A DNA stretch of 62,036 nucleotides, the filler included, from Choristocarpus tenellus KU-1152 (Eukaryota; Protista; Phaeophyceae), in the NCBI GenBank assembly GCA_964200185.2. It is 10 parts of 10 records of this genome, joined end to end, with 100 filler letters (N's around TTAATTAATTAA, not from the genome) between each part and the next. Parts side by side here need not be neighbours in the genome. Positions count along the whole stretch, not along the records: positions 1 to 8,507 come from CAXNAD020004635.1; positions 8,608 to 11,735 come from CAXNAD020022118.1; positions 11,836 to 23,851 come from CAXNAD020002025.1; 7 more parts are not named here. One strand, 5' to 3'. Below, in pieces: positions 1 through 12,727 of the stretch (its first letter is position 1; every line of letters begins with the position of its first letter). Under the pieces are notes generated by a model that searched no databases, was not told where the DNA came from, and saw only the letters and a list, made by a program, of their open reading frames with translations. Both the position numbers and the translations under genes were made by a program.

Positions 1-1399
1 AAATGGACAGCTGCCACCCTCCTCCAGATACTTCGAGCCTCCAATGCAACCATCAATATCAACCACTTGCAAGCAGACTACACTCAGACACCCAAAGATA
101 AGAAACTGGTGCCTCTACTGGTTGTGGTTTGTCCATGGGGTCCTTGCCCCTCGTCATGCCATTGTTTCCTTATCTCTTTCAGTGAGAAGCACTGATTTCC
201 CTTTCCCTCATTGACGTGTATGTGCATGGGGAACGAGGAATGGCCCTTAGACTTTATGCAATATATTCTTGAAGGCATGCTATAATGCAATTCCTCGTGA
301 GGAATGGCACGTAGAACAAAATACAGTCCACAACATATAACGGAAGGTATTTGCGGTATACAACAGTGTGGTTCACCATCTGTCTGTTCATGTTCTTGTG
401 GCCCATGTTAATGATGGTCCACATCTCGAGATATTCTTAAATCAAATTGTGTTTGTTTTGTCATGTGAGATACGAGCAGAGTGAGGGAGGGTGAGGAAGA
501 TTCAGGTATCATGCTGCAGTAGGGATGTACTCTGTAGTTTGGAACACAATTTGTCTCAGCTGGACAAAGGCCAGGTATAACACATGTCCCCCGCTCCCCA
601 GCTCCATTTTTTTGTGAATGATACCACTAGATGCAACGCCAATTATATCAATCCTTGCTACTTCATTTAGTTAGATAGAGGAATGCATGATTCTACCATG
701 ACAGGAGGGATTCCCTGACTGGCAGATGAAGGACAAATCAGAGCGTGGGTGATTTTGAGTCTTGGTGAACCAGGGTGTATGCAGCATCTCAAGAATATGA
801 AGGTGTGAGTGTGTGCAAGGAGCTAATGTTTTGTGCCGTAGAGAAAAATGGCAAGCTTGGATGTTGGGGGATTTCAATGATATCAAATCCTGAGGTTGTG
901 TGATGCTCTGAAATTGTGCAGAGGGTGAGATAGTCTGTTGAAAGAAAGGCCATCAATCAATTAGACAACATCTTACCCCCTGACATGTTCTGTTTGACTC
1001 CAGAATGTAATTTGTGTGTATTCTGAATTTTTTGTAGAGCACTGTTCGAGAGAGTAGAAAATTGAGGTCATGATATGGAGATTTCCTATTGAGCTCGCCC
1101 ATCTTGGTTGAGCTCTGAATTCCCCCTAACTGTGACCTCTAGTGTAATAATTTCTTGCACTTGATTAGTTATCCCTCTACTATTACCAAGCAACTTGTGG
1201 TGGGTAGTCAAAGAAATACTATCATCCCAGTAATAGGATCAGTATCAGTTGCTTCAGTATCTATCCGTGAATGACAACCAATCACAGTATCAGCTCTTGT
1301 AGTGCTATCGCGTAAGTAAAGTGTAAGTATCATGGCTCAAAGTTGAGGGAAGGATGTACCCTCTATTGTCTCATACAATGCCCGAATTGTAAGAGCTGT

Positions 1400-1681
1400 G
1401 AGTCAAAGTAAATGAGAGATACCCAGGTTCTCTGTGTTTTGCATTTAAAATATATTTTTCAACCTTTTGCGATTCACCCATTTTTCTATGAAGAAAGTGA
1501 TAAGTTTGATTTGAGAGAGCTAATTTCCCTATCATTTGAAGTTTCCGACGCAAATCAGACAATTCACAACACGCATTTGTGAAGAAATCGAATTTTGTGC
1601 ACATTTGTCAGCATCCTTTGAAATGAGACTAAGGGTACCTCTTGTTTACTCTGTTAGGGTACCTCTTGTTTACTTTGCCTC
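1400..1681. mobile_element. MITE family C (~260 bp)
   Basis: TIRs GAGTCAAAGTAAATGAGAG.TACCC / GGGTACCTCT.GTTTACTTTG.CTC, with the right TIR tandemly duplicated. Other copies at 2151-2410, 11882-11981 (part), 14355-14598, 24771-25041, 25896-26156 and 54893-54975 (part). Confidence 0.85.
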
Positions 1682-2150
1682 TATTTGACCAATGGCTTGT
1701 TGTGCTTGTTCATTACCTTTGGTATTGCTGAGAGCTGCATTGGGGGGATTGTTGTGCATGGACTTTGTGCCATGCTTATTTCCATTGGTCAGTCCCATCC
1801 ACTTTCATCAGTCAGCAGGTATGTTGCCAAGCAGTAGAGTATCCATGTGTGTGCCATTGGTAAGGAAGGAGTTCATGACACCAAGAAAACATACCCACAA
1901 GACATCGAAACTACCAAACCTCATTCTCACGGTTGGAGTGCGATGACATCACCCACACGCCACCTAAGGTATACAAAGGTGTGAAGAGGAGAGATATATT
2001 GTGTCCAAGGAAATGGAACAAGCACACATGGGCGGATAAGGTTTCCCACAGGATTACACTGCTGGATATACGTTTAGAAAACATGTGTATTTTTGCAGAA
2101 TATTGTATAATGTAGGATAGCCATTATTCACGGTCATTAGTTGGTATGAT

Positions 2151-2410
2151 TCGTCAAAGTGAACGAGAGTTACCTGTATTCGGATTTTAGGGATGCTGAA
2201 AAAAATGTGCAATATTCAGCTATTTTTACAAATGCGTATGGGATATTTTCTGAATTGTATCGGAAAAGCTTGAAACAAGTGAGAAATAAGCGCTCTCAAG
2301 TCAAACTTAGAACCACATTGATAGAAATATGGGTGAATTGCAACATATTCGAAAACAGACTTAAAATGCCAGATGGCCAAAACCTGTGTACTTCTCATTT
2401 ACCTTAGCAT
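2151..2410. mobile_element. MITE family C copy, diverged
   Basis: GTCAAAGTGAACGAGAGTTACC…GCCAAAACCTG.GTAC.TCTCATTTAC; similar to 14355-14598. Confidence 0.7.
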
Positions 2411-3149
2411 AGCGTTTGTATCATTACATGTATATCGAAACATTTTCATTCTAGCTGGTACATCAGTTTGTTAATGTCTTTTCAGAATATGTGTACTTGT
2501 GTCATTGAACTGAATAATGGCGTTTTAGTACTGGTGGGAGACTATATATACATCAAGTATGTTTTGAAAGTTCATACTTCTGTGTGCGTGTGCGTGTGTG
2601 TGTTTGTGTATGCGTTCACTGATATCTTGCAAATCATGATGGATGGACGTTGCCACCAAGAATTCAGGCAAGACAAGTAGGTACAAGAGTTGGATGAGAG
2701 ATCATGAGGTACAAATACCAACATATAATTATGGGTGTATTGCAACTTACAACAAAACAGTTCGTTGTTTGATGCAGCTGTGTTGTCACCTGTAACAAAA
2801 ATGGTGATGATACTATATTTCAGGTATTAACTTCGGCCTTGTCCTTCTTGCATCATCAACCAAACCAACTGCAAGCAATTGCAAGCGAATTTTTCTGCTT
2901 GAGCTCATGCAAGCACACATAGTATGATTACGACTTACCGAAAGAATATGTGGCGTACAACACACAAGTTTCTTTGGGGTTGACTAGAGTTTTGTTTTGT
3001 TAAATGTTTGGTTGCACAAAGGAGGACGGGTGCGTAACCACTACTTGGGCGCATAACCACTACTCACTGTATACTGGTACTGGCACATACGTACTTGTGT
3101 ATATAATAATATATCCTACTCGTTTCAATTTGCTCTTTTTGTGATGTTT

Positions 3150-3325
3150 GACCCAAAGTATCTGGGGGGAGGGGGAACTACACCAGGGCGCCCATTTGGG
3201 TCATAACCAGGAAAAGTCCACCTATATTATCCTTCCGATGCATGTAACCAAATCACCCAAAATCGCAAGATTGAAAAATTGACCCCAAATGGACAGCCGC
3301 CACCCCCTCCCAGATACTTTGAGCC
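3150..3325 (+). mobile_element. MITE family A (~180 bp), full copy
   Basis: TIRs GACCCAAAGTATCTGGGGG / CCTCCCAGATACTTTGAGCC, flanked by TTT/TTT. Other copies at 1-39, 4868-5047, 11836-11881, 16761-16939, 23813-23851, 23997-24135, 25248-25431, 31543-31723, 38193-38241 and 61864-62030. Confidence 0.9.
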
Positions 3326-4000
3326 TTTGTTGCAACTTGATGGCAAGAAGAGAATTACCTTTGAATATAGTATTCATCGAAAACGCCTTCATGAGGAAGT
3401 GGTCAAAACATGTACGTTTACCACAAGAAGATACAACAGGTACAACTGTTGATAAGTCAACCCCATCACCCTCCTCTGTTGTATCACATACTGCAAAAAC
3501 CCCAATGACAGTATGGTATTTTGGTACTATTTTAGTGGTATGTATATTTATATATTGGTGGCATATTTCAGAGTGTCATACAAATCCGTCAATAGGCACA
3601 TTTTTTATTATGCCCACTGACATTTTTCTGATGGATGTGTCAGGAGAGGGAAAAAGGAGACCAAAATCAAGGCTACAAGAATAATTCTACGAAGCAAGTG
3701 TGTGGTCACTTTCAAAGAGTTCTTTCTACAAAAGAATATGAAATATATGTCAAAATCCTCCAAGAGGTTGCTCCCTCTACAAATCTACGCCCGCACTGGT
3801 ACTACTATGCCTCTAGCCTAAGCACTACAAAGAAGGTGCACGAGGAGGGAGGCTAGAATTCCGTACCTACTGACCAAGTGCCTCCAGTTTGAATCTCGTT
3901 ACTTCTCAAAATAGCAACCTGTGCAGTGACAGGTATCATGTGTTCTGACAGGTTGGTCTTCACAGGTCCTTTCCTGGTGTATTCTCTGCACCCTCTCTAT
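3326..4000 (+). pseudogene. Decayed coding-like DNA, possibly the C-terminus of a MULE transposase
   Basis: ELPLNIVFIENAFMRKWSK resembles the LP…RW.K motif that follows SWIM domains. It abuts a MITE at its 5' side. Confidence 0.2.
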
Positions 4001-4867
4001 TATATGTATGTTTTGAAACGAAAAACAAACTAGAAATGGTCGTCCATGTGTAGACTTGGTGTAGGAAACCTCTGATTTATCCCCGACTGATCTTTCCACT
4101 TTTTTACTATACTTCTATGTTTCCCTGATTGATTTCCAAATACTATAAGAATACCGAAGGAGGAGTAACATTAATACATAATTCAAAGTAGTCTACATTC
4201 CAGTTTTGACTGTAGAGTACTTTATAAATGAAAAATATATCCGACTACTTCTCTATGAAGTACTGCATATTATATGGGTTGATTTATTAAGTTTCATAAT
4301 ATCATGTTCAGGTGGTTGTGTGTTCAGAACGTAAGGTTTCTAGTGGTCTAAGTAAAAGTTTCTATACTTTATTGAACTTTATACTGGAGGTGATATATTT
4401 TGAAAATATTAGTGTTGTGAATTATGTTTGTGTTTCAATGATTTGTGGTTGTGTTATTAAATATATATAATACATGGATGTTTGTTCGGACCAATATCAA
4501 TTTTAATCAAGTTGAATTTTTTTTTGTACGTGTGCACCCATGTTGAACGGAGAATACCCAAGTTCATCTTTTGCAAATGACTCTTGGACGCTTGTCTTAG
4601 TATATTTTATTTTATTTTTGTTTTTTTCAGGAGGACAGCTGTTTCATTCAACAGTTATTTCAGTGATGGTGTAAGGCCAACTCGATCCCCGTGTTTGTCC
4701 ACGGTTTAAACTTGACTTTCTTTTTCCAACCTTGTTTCTAATTGATTCGAACATCGATATGATATGCTGTTGAATCGTATATATGCAAGTATATACTGAT
4801 AGGTGCTGCACCTATACAGCTGTAATTTGAGCACGATTTCTGCTCTCCCTCTAGGAGTCTCCCATGT

Positions 4868-5047
4868 GGTTCAAAACATCTGGGGAGGGGGTGGTAGCTG
4901 TCCATTTGGGGCCAATTTTTTCATGTCACAATTTTTTGGTGATTTGGTTGCGTACCTCAGAAGGATAATGTACCTGCGCCTTTCCTGGTTATGGTCCAAA
5001 TGGACACCCTAGTGTAGACCCCTCCGCCCACCCAGATACTTTGGGTC
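4868..5047 (-). mobile_element. MITE family A copy
   Basis: Reverse-complement match to 3150-3325. Confidence 0.85.
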
Positions 5048-5528
5048 AAGTTCTTCTTCCTCCTCATTGGAGATGATGGTCCATGCTTTTGCATCTGCAT
5101 CTCCTTGCTGGAGTTAACAGAATCTCATGCTAAGACTAGCTAGTGCTTCCCCCTGCCCCTTTTTCCCGTTAAGATTTGACCAGACGTGGTGATATCTGAT
5201 ACATCGAAATCGTGGTCGTTCCATTTGCTCAGATATGTCTTAATATCCCACCCTTCATCAAGGTGAAGTGGCACTGATTTGGTTACCACCAAATCAATTT
5301 TCGTTACAAATGCTAAGTTCTGAGGCCTCACGAAAAACACTTTTTACTCTGCATTTTTCCAAATATGTAGATATTTTTGTGTACGTAACTGTCTTGCAAC
5401 ACAGTATTTCCTTGTTGAGAGACTTTTTTTTAATTTTTTTCAATGTTCATGTCAGTTTTTCTACGTACACATTTCCTCCATTTCCCATTGACACTTGTGA
5501 TATTTTGATACATGTATCAAACTACATT

Positions 5529-5847
5529 GGGCGGGGGGGTGATGAGACAGCCATCTTCCCCAGAAGGTATACCCTAAACGTAACCCATTTTGAAGAATAT
5601 GATATTCACATGACATTTGTTCTTGCATGTTAAAGGTAACATCTGCATGAAATATGATCGGGTGGTTTGAGGGGACCTTGCCAATCCCCCCTCATTCACT
5701 TACCACTTGTTCACTCCTTTCCCGAGTGATCTTCTGAGGTATTGTTCTCCCTTTTGACTTGTCTCTCTCCTTTTCCTTGCCTCATGTGGGTCTTCCCATT
5801 CCCCTTCATTATGAAGAACCTGTCGGCTTGTTTCCATCTGTTTCACA
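5529..5847 (+). mobile_element. 3' LTR (5540-5847) with polypurine tract, same family as the Gypsy at 50652
   Basis: GGGCGGGGGGG PPT, then TGATGAGACAG…CTGTTTCACA (TG..CA ends, short inverted termini). 5660-5847 aligns by eye with 50654-50849. Confidence 0.85.
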
Positions 5848-6970
5848 GTAGTAGTGTGCAAAAGAATTATTACCAATGGACACTCTATACATATTGTAAA
5901 GGCATACAGATGTATGTATCCATTCATCACCAAAGGCTTCGCCAATTGGTCAGATATTTAAGGTGATAGACAAGCCAGCCAAACAATTGGCTGTGAGATG
6001 CAATTTGTGAATTGTTTTTTATTGTATCATAGGAATATTGTATCGGCAAACCTAAAGTCTCTCCAACTTCCAGTTGTTCCTAGATATCAATTGTAGATAT
6101 AATGTCCCATGAACGGTTTCAACCCACAAGAAAGAATTAAGTATCAATATAATATGGGTAAGTCATACCCCCCTACTATCACTTTCCAACAACAATTCGG
6201 AGATTGTTGTTGTCCCTGCCTTCAGCTAAATCTGCCACTGGTCTGCAACAACTCTGCCTTATCAGTCTGATTTCCATCTATTGTACTCAACTACAATAGT
6301 GATGTGGAAGTCCATGTACTGGTGCTGATCGTGAAGCTGATCTTTCTCTTGCTGTTGGCTCCTGTCTGTGCAATGGCTAATCCCATCTTCAACGGGGAGA
6401 TGATCACGTCCGTTGAGGAGCTTTCATCTGCTATAGAAACCAGCTCATTTCTTGCTGTCTACCTTCAGCACGGTAGCAACGATTTTGAATGTAAGTCAAT
6501 AACTCAGAGGTTGGGTTGGGAACCTAGGTTGAGTTCGTTTGTTGAATGAGATCCACCTTTCTAATCACCTGCTCCATGTGTTGCACATATCAGGCCACAC
6601 TTCAAATCTCGCCGTTTCCCCTCTGCAATTTGTTTACCCTTCACGTTGGTTGCACCATCGGATTCCTCCTTGTCTCATGTATCAGAATGGCTCAACTGCT
6701 CAGAGAATTCAATGCCAATTTCAACGATGCCCTCGACTAGTTGTCGAGGGAGGGCATTGACCTAGTCCAGATGGATGTATCTACCTTTGATGCATCCTGT
6801 CACCAAGATGACATGGTGGAGATGTATGCCCCTCAATGCTGTTCGATCCACGAACAGTGGCCGACCCTCGACACGAAGAGCAAGACCGAGAGTCCAACTG
6901 TCCTGGTGCGCCAAGTTCGTTCTTGTCGTCCTGTATGCATCCTCCTTGTCTGATACAAGATCATCGTGCG

Positions 6971-7342
6971 AAAAAACGTGGGAGTACACCAGGATGTACC
7001 GCAGCGGTGCTCACCCAACGATCACCACTGCATGAAGGCAGCCTAACACATCCCTCTTCATCCAGGGACAGGACATGGTTTGAATCTGAAGATTGCAAGG
7101 TATCAGGCCGAAGAAGAACTTCTCTCGAATTTTCTTGAAGTCAGGAACAGTCCCAGGTCTTTCAATAAGGCGAAAATCTGGGATGCGAAAAAACGCGGCA
7201 GTCCACCAGGTTGTACTGTGGTGGTGCTCACCCAACGATCGCCACTGCATGAAGACAGCCTTACACGTCCCCCTTCATCCAGGGACAGGACATGCTTTGA
7301 ATCTGAACATTGCAAGGTATCAGGCCAAAGAAGAACTTCTCC
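6971..7342. repeat. Direct duplication of ~155 bp at 217-bp offset
   Basis: 6971-7125 vs 7188-7342 (AAAAAACG.GG…TCACCCAACGATC.CCACTGCATGAAG…GCAAGGTATCAGGCC.AAGAAGAACTTCTC). Confidence 0.9.
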
Positions 7343-7754
7343 AACCTTCAGCACACTGCGGACATTATGTCGAGGGACGAATGGCTAGAGGAAAGGAGAG
7401 TGGTGTAGGGAATAGGGGGGAGGGTCTGATAAGGTAACGAACATCATTTGGAAGCAGAATCTTTAACACACAGGGAAGTGCATTAGGGGGAGGAAATTGA
7501 CAGCGCCCAACGGGACTAGTATCTCGTCTGTACTTGACGCATGCCCCACCCTGTGGCAGCATCAAGAGGGAGTCAGTTCTACTTCAGAGTACTGTGGAAC
7601 CTAATCATCATCATGTTGGTTGTTGTGAATCTTGTGTTTCACAAAAATGCTTGATAATCTAATCTGTAGATTGTGTGGTTTGATATTCGATCGAGCAATC
7701 AAGAAGTCAACTGATAATTTACACATCGATTTCCCTTCCTAAAACTACTCTCCG

Positions 7755-8507
7755 AAAACATCAACAATTATCTCTTACCAAAATTGGCATGACATAGTTG
7801 GGGTGAGTTGGATCTGTGATAGGAGCAGAACGGGTCCTCTCATCTGCTCTTACAATGTTCGCCTGCAGTACAAACACATACATGGCCAGAAGAGAGTATC
7901 AGAATCTGCTCTATAAGGTATGTAGTAGTGTAATGTATTTTTTCCTTTCCACAAGAATCATTACCAAAATTCTCTTGGTTTGAATAATTAATAATGCTGA
8001 AAATACCTTCAATGACCAGAGAAGTGAAACGACGGTCTCATCGTCGCTCAACACGAATGACGAGATTACAGCAGTCGGCTTGTTGACACCATTTGTGGAA
8101 ATCTGCATCGAGAAGGGGTAGACAGGTCTCAGATGTGCTGTTATGACCGATCGTATCCAACCCAGATTTTCACGAATGGCGTCAATGAGCCGACTACCAT
8201 AATCTCGCCATTCTTGTTAAGCGACGACGAGACCGTCGTTTCACTTCTACGGTCAATGAAGGTATTTTCAGCAGTATTATTCAAAGCAAGAGCATTTTGG
8301 TAATGATGATTCTCGTGGAAAGGTAACAATACATTACCACATACCTTATAGAGCAGATTCTGATACTCTCTTCCGGCCATCTATGTGTTTGTACAACAGG
8401 CGAACATGGTAAGAGCAGATGAGAGGACCCGTTCTGCTCCTATCACAGATCCAACTCACCCCAACTATGTCATGCCAATTTTGGTAAGAGATAATTGTTG
8501 ATGTTTT
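7755..8507. repeat. Long inverted repeat (foldback), arms 7755-8105 and 8163-8507, ~57-bp spacer
   Basis: The arms are reverse complements. The outer ~98 bp are identical and the inner parts are diverged. The right arm runs to the contig end. Confidence 0.92.
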
Positions 8508-8607
8508 NNNNNNNNNNNNNNNNNNNNNNNNNNNNNNNNNNNNNNNNNNNNTTAATTAATTAANNNNNNNNNNNNNNNNNNNNNNNNNNNNNNNNNNNNN
8601 NNNNNNN
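8508..8607. other. Artificial contig spacer; also at 11736, 23852, 31442, 34087, 39069, 50552, 55159 and 57900
   Basis: An identical 100-bp N44-TTAATTAATTAA-N44 linker (stops in all six frames) occurs nine times. Confidence 0.98.
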
Positions 8608-11323
8608 ACCAAGCAATCTCGCCGGGTTTATCACCTTTATCCTCTTTGATGATTTTGGGGATACTTTAACAGAGTGCTGAGGAATTTTGTTCGCCTTTTT
8701 GTAAGGAAACTCGATCAACCTACGTCTTCCCCCTGATGGGCGAGACATCTTTAGTAGTGCATGTCTCACATAGGTTCGAAACATGAAATACAAGTTCTTC
8801 AATGTATCGTATTATTGGAAAAAGGTAACCATGGCATTCATTTGCAGTCCTTGATCTAATGTGCTTAGCCATAGTCATAGTCATAGGCACCGAAGTATAT
8901 CCTTCACAATAGTATCAGTCACAGAAAGAAACCCAACCTCAAACCCAAAACCCTAACCCCGAACAGGAGTATAAGGTCAGGGGGGGCATGGAATATGGTG
9001 GTTACCGCATGGAGTGGGATGAGGGTGACTTGGCTCTACTCTTTGGAGGCATGATAGACCCCTGCAATAAATCTGACCAGGAGAACGATGGGTATGAGTG
9101 ATAATGACAATGACCTTCAAATGGATACTGGCATAGATGTTGGTGGATGGGGGGAGTTGCACTGACACTGGTAGAGATGGTGTGGCATTACCACAACTGC
9201 CTCATTCTGCTGAGTTCTCTCTTGGAGTGATTGGTGGGCCAAGGGGTTCAACCTACGGAGCAGCACTGTCTGCAGGGCATGCAACACCTGGGCCCTCGTT
9301 CAGGGGGATGGGATCCATTGGTTAGAACCTTGATGCAGCACTGCATCCTCCACCTGGGTTCAAGTGGTGCCGGATAAATGTGGAACAGTATCGTTTTGCC
9401 TCTTGCTCCATGTGTTCTGAATGGGAAATATTCTGTGCAGTGCTTCCAACCCCTTTTTTCTCTCCATGTCCACCTCCGCCGTCTTTCGGAAGGCCTGCTG
9501 TCAACCCAACAACAAGGGCTTCTGTCTTGCTCACTCTTCGCCTGTGATGAGTCATACAATCCTGCCCTCCGCAATACAATGGCCCGGCTTGGTATTGGCT
9601 CCTACTGGTTTCCTATTTCTTACTGGCACTACTTTCCCACGAGTCTGGATGTCTCTTTGTATTTTGACTTCGTGTCTCTGTGACTGTGTGCATGGTTAAA
9701 TGTTTCTCAGTCTCTTTTTAAAATCTTGTGCACAGAGGAATGTGTGTGTGGTACTCAAGAGGGAGTACAGAGGCAGTAAAATGGGGTCACAAGATATTTT
9801 GTTGTATGAAGACTGTGAGATGCCTATCTTTATTTTAGAGATGTGCACTGTACAGAGGGTGTCTTATTCACGTTGTGCCCTCCAACTTGCACATCCAACG
9901 GGTCATTATTTGGTAGGGTGGAATGGTTGGGTACTTCTCTTTACACTTAGTTACCCATACCCAAGCACTTCATACATTTTCTTGAGAAATTTCCTTGCGT
10001 TGAATGAGGCTATCCAGTGATCCAATAATGGGTGGTGATAGAAAGAAAAGTTCCTAAGAATGAGTAGAGACAACAAGCTGAACTGCTGAACTGCCTTCAC
10101 TTCCACATTGCAACATCAGAGACAGCGATGTGTAAATTAACGTCTTACCAGCTGCCCTTCGATGTTGCCTAGGTTAGCAGTAAATCTTGACCACTACCCT
10201 TAATATTTCGGAGTTCCATTGACTTTATGTACGTAAATGCTTTAAAACAGCATGCTCTGGTCCACAATATTGACGCTGTAAATCACAAAAGTTATTGCAC
10301 ATGTTCTACTTTGGGAAAACATTGTTCTAGTGGTTCTCGAACATGTTGTTGACCCAGGGTAACTCTGGCGAGCTTTGTCAACAGTGTGTGCACGGAAAAT
10401 TCTGCTGCTCACGAGTCCGGACGTAGATACGCGGATTTAAGGACAAAACTTGATGTGACACAAAAAATGCTTACACAACAAGGGTGGTATATTGCAAAAT
10501 GAACATATTAAGAGGGTGATTAGAGTGTAGAGCCCCAGAATTTGAGCCCTAGTATCCTACAGTAGAATGTACTCTAGAATGTAGGCATGGGAGAGGTGGT
10601 AAAAAGGGGTGGGGAGCTTTGAAATACTTCTAAGTTGCATACTAACAATGCACTTTCTTTTGGGAATCAGTCAGACTGTGCCAGCTTGGGGTGTGTGGGT
10701 TAATGGTTAAAAACGGAATTTCAACTTCTGCACCATTCCACTGATTCATGAATAGACTGTAGTAGAGGTTACTACACAAGCCAACACTTAGGAGTCTTAA
10801 ATACTTCTCCCCCATTGTCAAGAACAGCCTAATTCATTGCAAACTCATTCACTCGTGTGGCCAAACGGAAGTATGAATCTATACCAACGTGTGGTAGGTT
10901 AAAAGTGTGACACATGGTGTGTTCTTGCTCCGTAAAGGGAGTACACAGTCTCATGCAGAGCAGGCCCAGTACAGTTCACCCCATTGCATGGGGATATTTA
11001 CTTCCTTGCCTTGAGCTACTCATGTACTCACATAAGTTATCCCTACAAAAAAAACCCTACAGCCCCTCACGAAATGGAACACTTTTCCTGTCGAGCGAAA
11101 TAAAACAAGGAGCAAGTCTCGGTAGTAAAACGTCTTCTGGCACTGTCCACCCACACCTCTCGCTTTTCCAGTCATTATTGAACAACGTTCATTTCCAATC
11201 TGGACACCTTGAAAACTCCTTTACTGCCCCTCATGCGCAGAAGCAAATGTACACACATTACATTCAATGGACACTATCGATGCACTGCACTATGTAAATA
11301 TCTCCACAATCTTGCCCCACGTC

Positions 11324-11486
11324 TCAGAGAGACAACCCCTGGCTACTCTCAACCTCCTTCAGCAACTGGGTGTGCATGGGACAGGGGTCTGGGCGACCTT
11401 CCTCAGTCGCCTGTCTGGACATCTTCCAGAAATACCCGTTCCTCCAGGGGAACTCCTTGATTGCTGCTGGATAGTGCGCCACCGAC
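11324..11486 (-). CDS. Terminal exon of an At1g16080-like protein (ketopantoate-reductase-like fold, plants/algae)
   Basis: After a TTTAG acceptor: SVAHYPAAIKEFPWRNGYFWKMSRQATEEGRPDPCPMHTQLLKEVESSQGLSL*. This matches my recollection of the family C-terminus (HFPTAVKEF.WRNGWF…G.PDPCP.HT..LKE). Confidence 0.75.
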
Positions 11487-12727
11487 CTAAATCCAGACAA
11501 ACAAACAAAATTGCCCCCGGTTGTTCAATTTAGGTGGGTGCAGGAAAAAAAAGAGAGTCAGTTTTACCACTCTTATTACTTTGAGAAAAGTCTCGTAGTC
11601 TCTAGTAAAACCAATTTGTCGCACAGCTCAAGTTTGCACGAGAGCAATATATTCCATGCACTGTATGGACAATCCAGATTATGGTTATCGCTATATTTAT
11701 AAATCTTTATTAGAAGAGGGCTTTAATATTGGTAGNNNNNNNNNNNNNNNNNNNNNNNNNNNNNNNNNNNNNNNNNNNNTTAATTAATTAANNNNNNNNN
11801 NNNNNNNNNNNNNNNNNNNNNNNNNNNNNNNNNNNTGACCCCAAGTGGACAGCCGCCACCCCCTCCCAGATACTTTGAGCCTCCATAGAAAAAAATATAT
11901 ATGGGTGAGCTGCAAAAGATTGAAAAACTGGCTTATAATGCAATCGGCCAATCCCTAGGTACCTCTCGTTTACTTTGGCTCATTTTGTTATTGTAAGAAG
12001 CTTCAAGTCCACTGTGTCTTTACCCTTCAAGGGAGCACATCGATGAATGGGTGCCCTGCTTTTAAGTCCTGGCAAAGGGGAAAACTTCACTCCTCCAAAA
12101 TAGTCCATGATTAGGGCATTGTATTTATCGAGTAGTGGGAGAGTAAGGTGCCTGCAGTGTTGATTTCTCGTTCTTCCCATTAAAAGCCTCAACATGGTAT
12201 GCCTACCAAGTTCTTGCAAGGAGCAGGAGACAGCAACATCTTCCCTTGTGCAACCAAGTGAAGGGAGGAGCTACCTTAAGCTTCTAGTCTAGAATCTATA
12301 CAGCCAGTGCACAAGTCCTCATTTTGGCTATGGCTCGACACTTGTCCCACAGTACATCTTTGGGGGCTTACATGTGAAGACATCTCTCAAAATAGTCAAG
12401 GTTTTTGATATCCTTCCTTACCGAAATGATGTACTATGTGTTTCAGACGGTATGGCAAGAACTAAATCATCCACACAGGAGGTGAACTTGAGCACTGCAC
12501 TTTGATTCCATATATGACCGTATGAACCCCTACTGCCTATAAGTAGCACTCATAGCGACATGAAGTCACCATTTATTTGACTGAAAGCACCACCGAGAAC
12601 TTCTGAAATGTTGTGATTTCCACCTGCATGGATTTCAGTTGGTGGCAAATGGAATGAGCAAAGTGCTCTCCAAAGTGCTTCAAGGTGCAACTTTTCATGT
12701 GTGTGTTCAACTTTGAACCTCCCTCAC

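Noticed and set aside
600-1330. Possible Copia internal remnant
   Set aside because: Composition is suggestive, but no diagnostic integrase or RT motif could be read.
8977-9699. GC-richer coding-like stretch with several overlapping ORFs
   Set aside because: No consistent frame, splice pattern or recognisable motif.
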